Source of the DNA: Hyalangium versicolor
GTDB taxonomy: Bacteria > Myxococcota > Myxococcia > Myxococcales > Myxococcaceae
Assembly (NCBI RefSeq): GCF_020103695.1
Contig: NZ_JAHXBF010000014.1
Coordinates: 236,297 to 300,296 of the forward strand
Length of the DNA stretch: 64,000 bases
Direction: 5' to 3'
Each line of letters starts with the position of its first letter. Within the stretch, counting starts at the first letter, position 1. Shown piece by piece: positions 8,755 to 16,981 of the stretch. The position numbers and the translations under genes are program-made. The notes beneath the pieces are model-generated. The model had not been told where the DNA came from, ran no database searches, and worked only from the letters and a program-made list of their open reading frames with translations.

Positions 8755-10056
8755 CTATCGATCTCCCCAGGCCAACCCCATGCCCAGAGTGAAAGCGATC
8801 CCATGGGCCCACGCCGCATCAGGTGGCTTCAGGCCCTGGTAGCGCACCTCGGCGTTGAGGGAGAACGGGCTCGCCCAGGCCGCATGCACGCGCAATCCGA
8901 GCGGCACGCCCACTCGCCGTTGTCCCTCCCAGGGGAGCAGCCCGATCCCCGCTGAGGCCCGCAGATCGAGGCCCAGCGCATAGCCCGGCCGCGCAGTCCA
9001 CAGCGGAGGAGAGAGCACGACGAGGCTCCCGCCGGCTGGCCGAGCCAGACCGTGTCCGCCGCCTGCACTCCGAGTCCAATCAACTGACAGCCCGAATGAG
9101 CGCGGGAGCGGGAGCACCGCGCGCAGACCGACGATCGGGGTGGTCCCCCGCGAGTCCCGCGTGAGCCCACCCAGGAATTGAGCAGAGAGCTCGGGCGCGG
9201 GGTGGAAGCCTCGCAGCGCCACGGGGTTGTCGGAGGCCGCCGCCTCGAACTGCTCACTCGCCCATTCAAGGAAGGCCCGGGTATAGGCCACAGCGCTGGA
9301 GACCCGCGCGTCCACGAAGGCCGCATAGGTTGCGGGTTCGACCGAAAGCGCTTTCCCCTTCCAGTGCACGGTGCTCGCGCCGAAGGCATTGCCGACCTCG
9401 GCGCCGTAATGTCCGAAGGAGCCGGGGCCCCGGGTGGAGGGCTCGGTCCAGAAGGCGCTCCAGGGAATGGGACCCTGGGCGGTGGCCAGGGTTTCGTTCC
9501 TCACGGTGGCCAGGGTCTCTCGCGCGAGCTGCTGCTGCGCCTCGTCCCCCGGGAGCGGAGGCACTTCGCGGAGAGCGATCCGAGTCAGTGCCGCGTGGAT
9601 GCCGTACCGCTCGAAGCGATCAGTGAGGCCGTGGTTCACCGGCACCACGTGGGGCGGCGATGCCATGTCCTGGATGTGGTGGGCAAGGTGCCCGGCGCGA
9701 TCGAAGGCCCGATCCAGGTCCCCGTGGCGGGCAGCCTCCAGTGCCTCCTGCCAGAGCTCGCGGACCCTCGAATCCGAGGCCCGCCGGAGCGGCGTATCGA
9801 GCGAGCCCTCTGGAAAGTAGAAGTGGTGCCAGCCCGTCCACTTCACGTGGAGGTTGAGATCCTCGGCCGTGGCGCCGTGCATCACCTCGGCCCGGTGCGC
9901 CTCGAGCCATGGGCTCCCCTTCGATCCTCGGGCGGCGTCCAGTGCGGCCTCGGTGAGGGCCCGGTGGGACTCCACCGAGAACGCTGATGCCCTTGGCGAG
10001 ACGGCCAGGAGCAGGAGCAGCAAGGTGGCTGGGCAAGCGAGCTTCACGAGGCGCAT
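8755..10056 (-). CDS. secreted zinc-dependent phospholipase C / S1-P1 nuclease-like protein with a C-terminal Gly/Ala-rich beta-strand domain
   Basis: A signal peptide (LLLLLLAVSPRASA) is followed by His-rich helical motifs resembling the Zn-PLC/P1 nuclease fold (HRALTEAA, WLEAHRAEVMHGATAED, HHFYF, HHIQDMASPPH). The C-terminal ~130 aa form alternating hydrophobic beta-strand-like repeats. Confidence 0.55.
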   Translation of the reverse strand: MRLVKLACPATLLLLLLAVSPRASAFSVESHRALTEAALDAARGSKGSPWLEAHRAEVMHGATAEDLNLHVKWTGWHHFYFPEGSLDTPLRRASDSRVRELWQEALEAARHGDLDRAFDRAGHLAHHIQDMASPPHVVPVNHGLTDRFERYGIHAALTRIALREVPPLPGDEAQQQLARETLATVRNETLATAQGPIPWSAFWTEPSTRGPGSFGHYGAEVGNAFGASTVHWKGKALSVEPATYAAFVDARVSSAVAYTRAFLEWASEQFEAAASDNPVALRGFHPAPELSAQFLGGLTRDSRGTTPIVGLRAVLPLPRSFGLSVDWTRSAGGGHGLARPAGGSLVVLSPPLWTARPGYALGLDLRASAGIGLLPWEGQRRVGVPLGLRVHAAWASPFSLNAEVRYQGLKPPDAAWAHGIAFTLGMGLAWGDR

Positions 10057-10146
10057 TCTGGAACCAACGCCTCATGGGGTCACGAGCTCCCCTGCCCTAT
10101 CACCGCCTGGCCGCGGAGCAGCCGAGGCAGCTCCGAACGGTGGGAC

Positions 10147-10368
10147 TCAAGAGATGCGCCGGCGGGTGGGCGGCCAGTTTCGCCGGGAGATGACAGCCGA
10201 ACTCACGATGAAGGCCACCACCGCGACGGCAACAGCTACGAGCCAGTACCAGGTGAGTGGGCTCCTGGCGACGATATCGTTGTCGGTGGGTCCCAACCCG
10301 GGCTGGGCGAGCGCGAGCAGGGGCGTCAGAAGGCAGAGCACTGCGGCGGGAATCGGAAGCGTTCGCAT
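10147..10368 (-). CDS. small membrane/secreted protein (signal peptide, C-terminal TM helix and Arg-rich tail)
   Basis: MRTLPIPAAVLCLLTPLLALAQP is signal-like and WYWLVAVAVAVVAFIVSSAVISRRNWPPTRRRIS gives a TM helix plus basic tail. The ORF is open to 10458; the start is chosen at the internal Met. Low information. Confidence 0.35.
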   Translation of the reverse strand: MRTLPIPAAVLCLLTPLLALAQPGLGPTDNDIVARSPLTWYWLVAVAVAVVAFIVSSAVISRRNWPPTRRRIS

Positions 10369-10491
10369 GATCGTCCTCTCTGGGAGAACGTTGGCATCCC
10401 GGGTCCCGACCACAAGCCAACGAACGGAAGCTGGCCCGCTGCCCCCTCGGGGACTCATTCCGGTCCCATTCGAGCGCTCTAGCCGTTAGCC

Positions 10492-11355
10492 TTGCGGCGC
10501 ATGCTGACCGAAGTGCAGGCAGGGCCGTACACCGTCCGAGGGATCTCAGTGGCCGGGGTGTACACGTCGCTCCAGGTTCCGGAGTTGAGCGTGGTGCTGG
10601 ACGCGGGAGTCCCCCTGCGGAGCTTCGCGACGACGGACCACATCTTCCTGAGCCACGGGCACTCGGATCATTCCAGCTCTTTGGGCTCGCTGCTGGCGCT
10701 CCGGGGGCTGATGGGCAGGCATTCGCCCGCCCAGGTGTTCCTCCCGGCGGAGATCGAGTCCGCGGTCCAGGAGGCACTGGCGTCACTCAGCCGGCTGCAT
10801 CGTTCGGTCGTGACCTTCGAGACCATCCCGATGCGCCCAGGCGAGACGCGGAAGATGTACCGCGACATCTGGGTGCGGGCCTTTCGCACGCACCATGCGG
10901 GCCCGTCGCTGGGCTACCAGTTCTTCCGCCGCATCACGAAGCTGAAGCCCGAGCACCAGGGCCTTCCGGGAGAGGAGATCGCCCGCCTGCGTCGAGAGGG
11001 CGTGCCTGGAGTCTTCGAGGAGCAGGAGCGGCTGGAGCTGGCCTACGCCACGGATACGTTGTCGCGGGTGCTGGAGACAGCGCCGGAGATCCTGGAGAGC
11101 CGGGTGTTGATCCTCGAGTGCACGTACCTGGATGACAAATGGACGGTGGAGGAGACGCAGGAGCGCCTGCACACGCACCTGGACGAGATCATCGCTCGGG
11201 CGGACCTGTTCCAGAACGAGGCGCTGGTACTGATGCACTTCAGCCAGGCCTACGGGCCGGAGCGCGTGCACGACATCATCCGTGAGCGAGTGCCTCCGGC
11301 CCTGCTGGAGCGGATCCGGGTTTTCGCGCCGAGTTCCAGCCAGTGGTTCGGGTAG
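10492..11355 (+). CDS. MBL-fold metallo-hydrolase (RNase Z/ElaC-like)
   Basis: The HGHSDH motif (IFLSHGHSDHSSSL) and C-terminal His/Asp ligands (RTHHAG, LMHFS) match a short tRNase Z-like architecture. Confidence 0.7.
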   Translation: MRRMLTEVQAGPYTVRGISVAGVYTSLQVPELSVVLDAGVPLRSFATTDHIFLSHGHSDHSSSLGSLLALRGLMGRHSPAQVFLPAEIESAVQEALASLSRLHRSVVTFETIPMRPGETRKMYRDIWVRAFRTHHAGPSLGYQFFRRITKLKPEHQGLPGEEIARLRREGVPGVFEEQERLELAYATDTLSRVLETAPEILESRVLILECTYLDDKWTVEETQERLHTHLDEIIARADLFQNEALVLMHFSQAYGPERVHDIIRERVPPALLERIRVFAPSSSQWFG

Positions 11356-11370
11356 AGCCCGCCTGCGTTC

Positions 11371-11979
11371 TCATGAGCCCGAGGTTCGCGGAGGCCGCAG
11401 GGCCTGGAGTTCCGTGAGCACGGACTGGAGCTGGGGCGTCTCCATGACCTTCTGCGCCGAGGCGAAGAACTGGGAGAGGTCGCCCATGCCCTGGTACTCG
11501 TAGACGCAGGCCTGGAGCGACATCTCCAACCGGTCCACCTGTCGTACCAGTCGAGCCTCGAAGGAGGCGCCGCGCTCGTACTCTTCCCAGAGCGCGAGGT
11601 ACTCGGAGCCGCGCGGCAGCCGTCCGAGGATCTGCTCCACGGCCTGACGTTCCAGCGCGTGCTTCTGGGTGGGGTTCACGCCATCGTGGGGAGTGATGTC
11701 ACCGACACGGGCCTCGCCGAGATCATGCAGGAGCGCGATGCGGACGAGCTTGGAGGCATCTGCCTCGGGGAACCAGCTATCGGCGATGAAGAGGCACAAC
11801 AGGGCCACGCCCAGGGAATGCTCCGCGACGCTCTCGCAGCGCTCCGGAGGAACGCCCACGCGCAGCCAGCCCTGGCGGTAGAGCTGCTTGAGGTGGTTGA
11901 ACTCGAAATAGGCCTCGATGAGAGGCAGCGTCGCCTTTCCGCTCAGGTGGGCAACGGGGGGCGTGGCCTTGGTCCGCAT
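11371..11979 (-). CDS. HD-domain phosphohydrolase, YfbR-like 5'-deoxynucleotidase family
   Basis: An H..HD...E arrangement (ESVAEHSLGVALL...LLHDLGEARVGDITP...D) is typical of YfbR/HD_3 nucleotidases. The start lies 9 nt after the stop of the upstream TPR gene, so it is the last gene of a three-gene operon. Confidence 0.75.
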   Translation of the reverse strand: MRTKATPPVAHLSGKATLPLIEAYFEFNHLKQLYRQGWLRVGVPPERCESVAEHSLGVALLCLFIADSWFPEADASKLVRIALLHDLGEARVGDITPHDGVNPTQKHALERQAVEQILGRLPRGSEYLALWEEYERGASFEARLVRQVDRLEMSLQACVYEYQGMGDLSQFFASAQKVMETPQLQSVLTELQALRPPRTSGS

Positions 11980-11988
11980 GGGGAAAGA

Positions 11989-14601
11989 CTATGACGATTG
12001 ATTCCCCGAGCTCTCTTCCAGAATGCGGTTCAACTCAGGGAGTGCCTGCCGGGTGATGGGGTGATCTGGGCCCACAGAGTGGAGCAGTGCCTCCACTGCC
12101 TGCCGAGCCGTCGTGACAGCCTCCTTCTCTTTCAAGGCAGCCTGAACCTGCGCCAAGCGATGAAGCGCCTGAGCCGTCTCAGCGTGGTGCGTTCCCCAGC
12201 TTGCAGCAGCAATCTCGACGGCCCGACGTAGGAACGGCTCCGCTTCCTTGGGGCGATCTTGTCTGGCCAGGGTAAATCCCAGCAACGTGAGTGTGGCGCA
12301 AAGATCAGGATGTGTTGCGCCAAGCGCGTTCTCCTCAAGAGAAAGCACCTGATGCAGTAAAACTTCTGCTTCTGGGTACCGCCCCTGTCGCTCTAGCACT
12401 CGTGCCAGTTCGCGCAGCGAAACGGCGTAGCTAGGGTGAGCAGTCCCGAGCGCCGTCCTATCGGTGGCAAGCACTTGGCGCAGCAATACCTCCGCCTCCA
12501 CGTACCTTCCCTGGCGTCCTAGCACTACAGCCAAGGCGTGCAGCGAAGCGGCGTAGCCAGGGTGTGCAGTGCCCAGCGCCCTCTCTTCAATTTCTAGAAC
12601 CTGCCGCAGCAATACCTCCGCCTCTGTGTACAGTCCCCGCCTGTCCAGCACTCCAGCGAGTTCGTGCAGCGAAGCAGTGTAGCTAGGGTGTACCGTGCCG
12701 AGTGTCTTCTCCTTACTGGCGAGTACTTGCCGCAGCAATACCTCCGCCTCCATGTATCTCCCCTGCCGCTCCAACACTCCGGCGAGTTCGTGCAGCGAAG
12801 CGGCATAGCTAGGGTGTGCAATGCCCAGTGCATTTTCCTTGCTGGCAAGTGCTTGCCTCAGCAACACCTCCGCCTCCATGTATCTCCCCTGCCGCTCCAA
12901 CACTCCGGCGAGTTCGTGCAGCGAAGCGGCATAGCTAGGGTGTACGGTGCCCAGTGCATTTTCTTTGTTGGTAAGTGCTTGTCTCAGCAATACCTCCGCC
13001 TCCATGTATCCCCCCTGCCGCTCCAACACGGTAGCGAGTTCGTGCAGCGAAGCGGCATAGCTAGGGTGTGCAGTGCCCAGTGCATTTTCTTTGCTGGCAA
13101 GTGCTTGCCTCAGCAACACCTCCGCCTCCATGTATCTCCCCTGCCGCTCCAACACTCCGGCGAGTTCGTGAAGAACCCTTCCGTGCTCTTCGCCGGATGC
13201 AGAGGCAAGCAACCTTCGGAAGATCGACTCAGCCTCTCCCCACCGTCCCTCTTCAAGAAGTACGCGAGCGAGGATCCCTAACCAGCGCGGAGCCAGTTCA
13301 GCCGCACGCCGAGCCCACAACTCGGCTACTGCCAAGTCCCCTATGTCCAGTGCCTGGGATGAACTCTGCCCCCACATCTCATCATTGACAGGTTCGTGTC
13401 TGAGCCAGACTTCAACCACATCGGCGCGCCGCCCCAACCCTTCAGGGCTGGCCGAGAATGGGAGGGTCTTCGTTGTCGAGGCCGCCCACCAGGATGCCTC
13501 TTCCGGGTCCAGTGATTCTCCACGCATCACCTTCTGGGTCACAGCTTCCACTTCCAGAGCCCGAAGGCGGCGGGCCTGCTTGCCATCCTCGCTGAACGCG
13601 CGCATCGCAGGAGCAAGTGCCTGCCCGCGCACCAGTTCCTTCTCCGGGATCAACTGACGCGCCACAGCCAGCCGTCCTACCGCCGCTCCACCATCCGTCC
13701 CCCGTGCCATTTCCTTCTCTACTGTCCGCTCGGGTGTCCCCTGCTCGAGCAACGTGCTGAGAAGATCGATGGCTTCCGGCTCAAGGTCCACCAATGCCGC
13801 CAATCGCCCAGGACGGCGCGCCCCCGCCCGCTCCAACCGTTCCCGCGCCGTTTGAAAGTCAGCCACCTGCCCATGAACCGCCCACCATCCCGGAGAGGGC
13901 ACGGCAGGCTCCACGAGAATGCTCCTCCCCCTGCGCCGGGCCTCAGCCAGGGCCCAACGCACCCGCCGCAACCGGAAGTCCCCATCCACGTCCGTCCAGG
14001 CCAACCAGTCTCCACGGGCCGCACGAACCTCCGAGACCATCTCTTCGTACGGCCGTGCAGCGCTCACCCTCCGCAGTTTCCGGCGCGGACGCGCCACACG
14101 AAAGGCCGCCTCCAGATCTCCTCCCTTCCACACCACGCCCGGCGCTCGCACAGCCAGTGCCCGCCGAAGCCCCGTCACCGCGAAGGGCGCAGGTCCAGGG
14201 CGACACTCCAGCCTGTGGGAGATCCAATCGAAGAAATCCACGGACCGCTGGGCCAGGACCACCGACGTCTCTCGCGAGGAGAACAACACGACCCGCAGCG
14301 CACGCGCGGCGAAGAGGGGACGGTTGATGTTCAGCCAATCCGCATCCTCAGCGCGGGGTATCAGGACGAGGGTCGATCCCGGTTCCGCCTCCATCAGCCG
14401 ACGTGCATCGCTGTGGACCTCCAACTCTGGATAATCGGGCAACAACACACGCACCAGTTCCCCCAACCGCTCGGGGCAGGCGTGGTCGACCCAGACCAGC
14501 ACCCCCATCCGAGACAGCCCCAGAAGGACGCTCAGGCGCCGGAGCCAGACGGGGATGTCCGGACCAGGTGCATCGTCAGCAACGGATGGGGGTAGTACCA
14601 T
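11989..14601 (-). CDS. large TPR-repeat protein: ~450-aa N-terminal domain of unknown function plus about 8 tandem 42-aa TPR_10/12-type repeats
   Basis: The C-terminal half is near-identical repeats of LHELAGVLERQGRYMEAEVLLRQALASKENALGTAHPSYAAS, kinesin-light-chain-type TPR. The start is either ATG 14601, overlapping the upstream NTPase stop by 70 nt, or the internal ATG at 14508. Confidence 0.8.
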   Translation of the reverse strand: MVLPPSVADDAPGPDIPVWLRRLSVLLGLSRMGVLVWVDHACPERLGELVRVLLPDYPELEVHSDARRLMEAEPGSTLVLIPRAEDADWLNINRPLFAARALRVVLFSSRETSVVLAQRSVDFFDWISHRLECRPGPAPFAVTGLRRALAVRAPGVVWKGGDLEAAFRVARPRRKLRRVSAARPYEEMVSEVRAARGDWLAWTDVDGDFRLRRVRWALAEARRRGRSILVEPAVPSPGWWAVHGQVADFQTARERLERAGARRPGRLAALVDLEPEAIDLLSTLLEQGTPERTVEKEMARGTDGGAAVGRLAVARQLIPEKELVRGQALAPAMRAFSEDGKQARRLRALEVEAVTQKVMRGESLDPEEASWWAASTTKTLPFSASPEGLGRRADVVEVWLRHEPVNDEMWGQSSSQALDIGDLAVAELWARRAAELAPRWLGILARVLLEEGRWGEAESIFRRLLASASGEEHGRVLHELAGVLERQGRYMEAEVLLRQALASKENALGTAHPSYAASLHELATVLERQGGYMEAEVLLRQALTNKENALGTVHPSYAASLHELAGVLERQGRYMEAEVLLRQALASKENALGIAHPSYAASLHELAGVLERQGRYMEAEVLLRQVLASKEKTLGTVHPSYTASLHELAGVLDRRGLYTEAEVLLRQVLEIEERALGTAHPGYAASLHALAVVLGRQGRYVEAEVLLRQVLATDRTALGTAHPSYAVSLRELARVLERQGRYPEAEVLLHQVLSLEENALGATHPDLCATLTLLGFTLARQDRPKEAEPFLRRAVEIAAASWGTHHAETAQALHRLAQVQAALKEKEAVTTARQAVEALLHSVGPDHPITRQALPELNRILEESSGNQSS
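12170..13240 (-). repeat. tandem array of ~126-bp near-identical direct repeats (~8 units) encoding 42-aa TPR units inside the 870-aa TPR gene
   Basis: The unit ...gcagcaacacctccgcctccatgtatctcccctgccgctccaacactccggcgagttcgtgcagcgaagcggcatagctagggtgt... recurs with only a few substitutions per unit. GC is locally lower than the flanks (about 55-58%). It produces the artefactual repetitive plus-strand ORF 12664-13281. Confidence 0.9.
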
Positions 14602-15887
14602 TCCGAATCGTTGGGATAGGGCAACAGGTGTTGGTAGTTGAGCAGCTCATGCGCCAGCGCGTTGGCTGGCAGGCGATGCATCGGATCCTTCGCGACTTCC
14701 TCCAGCAGTTGGATGTGGCCCGTGTTCAGTCCAGTCTCCTGCCGCAGGCGCCACTCATCCAGCACCTGCTTCACGGCCTCGAGCGTCGCGGCCGGAGCAT
14801 CCCGGTCCCACCCCACCTCCGCCAGGGAGCGGATGAAACGCACGAAGTCTCGCGCACGCCCACCGGAGCGATAGGCCAGCTCCACCAGGAGCTCCCGGCT
14901 GACGAGCCCCTGAACCTGAGCTCCGAGATCCTTCACCCGCTGCGCATACATCTCGCAGAAGAACTCGACCCCCTTGCCTGGCCTCTCAGGATGATCGTGG
15001 TCGAGGACGGGCTCGTTCACCAGTGCCATGGGTTTGAAGCCACGTACTCCCGCCGTAGCCAGGTGGTGCCGGAGCGCGAATGGGCCACACACCACCACGG
15101 GACAGTCGAGCTGTGAGAGCAACTGGGACTCGACGAAGAGGGCCTTGGCTCGCTCCACATCCCGGATTCGATCCAGCCCATCGATGACGAAGACCACCTT
15201 CCTGTGCTTCGACTGAACCTCGCCGACCAACAGGTTGACGGCCCCCAGCAGATCCTGCACGCGGCGGTCCTGATCCGGCAGAGGCTTCTCGCTCCTCCCC
15301 AGGGGCAGGTTCCAGGCCTTCACGGCGCCAACCACCGATTTGACGGCCTTGAGCCCCAAGCCCAGCCCCACGACTTCCGGACTGGCCGCAGCCAGGGTGG
15401 CGCCCAGGTCCAGCGCGTCCTTGGCGAAAGAGCCCAGATCCAACTGGGGCTCCGGAGCCCCCGTGGCCACAGCCAGGCCCTGCCAGGCCCTGCCCAGTTG
15501 CTTCACCATCTCCGGGTCCAGCTCGAACTGGAGCCGCTGCTTGAAGCGCGAAACCAGCCCCAGCCCGGCCAGGAAGCACACCTCCCACGAGTGGATCCGA
15601 TCCAACGCGTGGGGATCCTTGACGACCTCGGCGAAGTGCCGAGCCAGATCCAGGAAGACAACGAGCTCCCGCTCCTCCCGCTCCTCCGCGATGTGAAGCA
15701 ACTCGGTCGTCTTGCCCGTGCCCACCGTCCCCGCCAGAAGGATGCGAGGCGTACCGAAGGGCCGGTCCAACGTATCCAGGATCTTCTGAGCCGGACTGTG
15801 CGGCCGAGGCGCACGCCAGGGCAGCGGCGCAGGCAATTCGGGATCGAAACGCTCATAGAGCGTCCGCCACAGGTCACGGCTCGACAT
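14532..15887 (-). CDS. P-loop NTPase, KAP/STAND-like (Walker A GTVGTGKTT; Walker B VVFVIDGLDR)
   Basis: Walker A is ILLAGTVGTGKTTELL. Walker B, about 190 aa later, is KVVFVIDGLDRIRD (hhhhDGLDR, KAP/NACHT-like), followed by a helical C-terminal domain. The start is chosen at MSSRDLW (ATG 15885-15887); the ORF is open to 15929. Confidence 0.7.
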   Translation of the reverse strand: MSSRDLWRTLYERFDPELPAPLPWRAPRPHSPAQKILDTLDRPFGTPRILLAGTVGTGKTTELLHIAEEREERELVVFLDLARHFAEVVKDPHALDRIHSWEVCFLAGLGLVSRFKQRLQFELDPEMVKQLGRAWQGLAVATGAPEPQLDLGSFAKDALDLGATLAAASPEVVGLGLGLKAVKSVVGAVKAWNLPLGRSEKPLPDQDRRVQDLLGAVNLLVGEVQSKHRKVVFVIDGLDRIRDVERAKALFVESQLLSQLDCPVVVCGPFALRHHLATAGVRGFKPMALVNEPVLDHDHPERPGKGVEFFCEMYAQRVKDLGAQVQGLVSRELLVELAYRSGGRARDFVRFIRSLAEVGWDRDAPAATLEAVKQVLDEWRLRQETGLNTGHIQLLEEVAKDPMHRLPANALAHELLNYQHLLPYPNDSEWYYPHPLLTMHLVRTSPSGSGA

Positions 15888-15983
15888 ATCCCTCAACCTA
15901 CCACCCGCCTCCCACCCTCGCGAACACATGCCGCAGGTCTTTCACTGCCAGCGCCCCGCTTGCACCCGAATATCCGCAGAAGC

Positions 15984-16499
15984 TCAAGGCTTCGCGGCGG
16001 GAGGGGACTTCGCGCCGCCTCCCCCCGGGTTCACACCGGCGGGAGTGAATTCCCCATTGGGATCGGCAGCCCACAGCGAGTAGCGGCGCGTGGACATGTC
16101 GTGGAGCACGCCGTTCGTGTAGCAGAGCAGGTAGACGGTGGTCTGCGGCTCGGTCATCGAGAACATCCCGTGCAGGAAGCACTCGGCGCCGTCCGCCGCC
16201 CGCATCTCCTTGCCGATGGGCCGCCCGATCAAACCGATGACGTCCTGCTGCGCCATGCCCGGATTGACCACCTTGATGCCATGGGCGGTGATGATGCGCA
16301 TCGCATCCTCCTGCCCCAGCATGGACACCCAAGCCGCCACCACGGCGATCAGCGGGATGAGGGGCACCATGGCGATGTACACCCAGCGCCGATAGTTGAT
16401 GCGCTCCTCCTTGCGGAAGGCGGTGAAGAGGCCCTCCGCGTCGGAGTTCGTCTGCTCGGCCACCATGGAAGGATTCATGCCCGTCTCTGGCGTAGTCAC
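15984..16499 (-). CDS. hypothetical membrane protein (single TM, C-terminal Gly/Pro-rich tail)
   Basis: A TM segment (WVYIAMVPLIPLIAVVAAWVSML) precedes a soluble domain. I recognise no motif. It lies 54 nt upstream of the NTPase gene on the same strand. Confidence 0.45.
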   Translation of the reverse strand: MTTPETGMNPSMVAEQTNSDAEGLFTAFRKEERINYRRWVYIAMVPLIPLIAVVAAWVSMLGQEDAMRIITAHGIKVVNPGMAQQDVIGLIGRPIGKEMRAADGAECFLHGMFSMTEPQTTVYLLCYTNGVLHDMSTRRYSLWAADPNGEFTPAGVNPGGGGAKSPPAAKP

Positions 16500-16558
16500 G
16501 CCGCCTCACATGCCGTTGTAGACCCCAGGAATGCAAGGAAACCCGCATCCCGGAAAGC

Positions 16559-16981
16559 TCATTCCACGACGCTCCGCCGAGCAAGCAGTCCATCCACCCC
16601 CGCGGCCAGGAGCACTCCCACGGTGTAGCAGACCAGGTCCGAGGCGAGGAACCCCCGCCCCAGCACCAGCGCTCCCAGCCAGTGCGCACGCACCGAGTCA
16701 AGCCACGGCACGTGGTACAGCTGGCTGAACTCCACGAGGAACGAGATCCCCCACGCCAGCCCCGCCACCCGGGCAATCGGCATGCGCGGCCACAGGAAGA
16801 GCAGCCCCACGTACATCATCATCGTCCACAGCGTGTCCCCCGCATAGGCCGCGAGGAAGGCCGGCACCGGGACCGCCCTGGAGCGAGACCCCAGGCCCAG
16901 CACCGGGAGCACGAGCAACAACAACGCAAGCCCCCAACGCGGGCGTGCAGGCACCACGGGAGCAAAGAGATCCACCCTCAC
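16559..16981 (-). CDS. DUF2809-family small membrane protein
   Basis: A 140-aa protein with 4 predicted TM helices (LALLLLVLPVLGL, LWTMMMYVGLLFLW, LAWGISFLVEF, VGVLLAAGV), typical of this family. Abuts the AlaX-like gene, 1 nt apart. Confidence 0.55.
   Translation of the reverse strand: MRVDLFAPVVPARPRWGLALLLLVLPVLGLGSRSRAVPVPAFLAAYAGDTLWTMMMYVGLLFLWPRMPIARVAGLAWGISFLVEFSQLYHVPWLDSVRAHWLGALVLGRGFLASDLVCYTVGVLLAAGVDGLLARRSVVE

Noticed and set aside
12664-13281. 205-aa plus-strand ORF with internal repeats (QQYLRLHVSPLPLQHSGEFVQRSGIARV)
   Set aside because: It is simply the reverse reading of the 126-bp TPR tandem repeats, so its repetitiveness is inherited, not functional.
15204-16628. 474-aa plus-strand ORF antisense to the P-loop NTPase
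   Set aside because: It has Arg/Leu/Gln-rich composition and no motifs. The minus strand carries Walker A/B.
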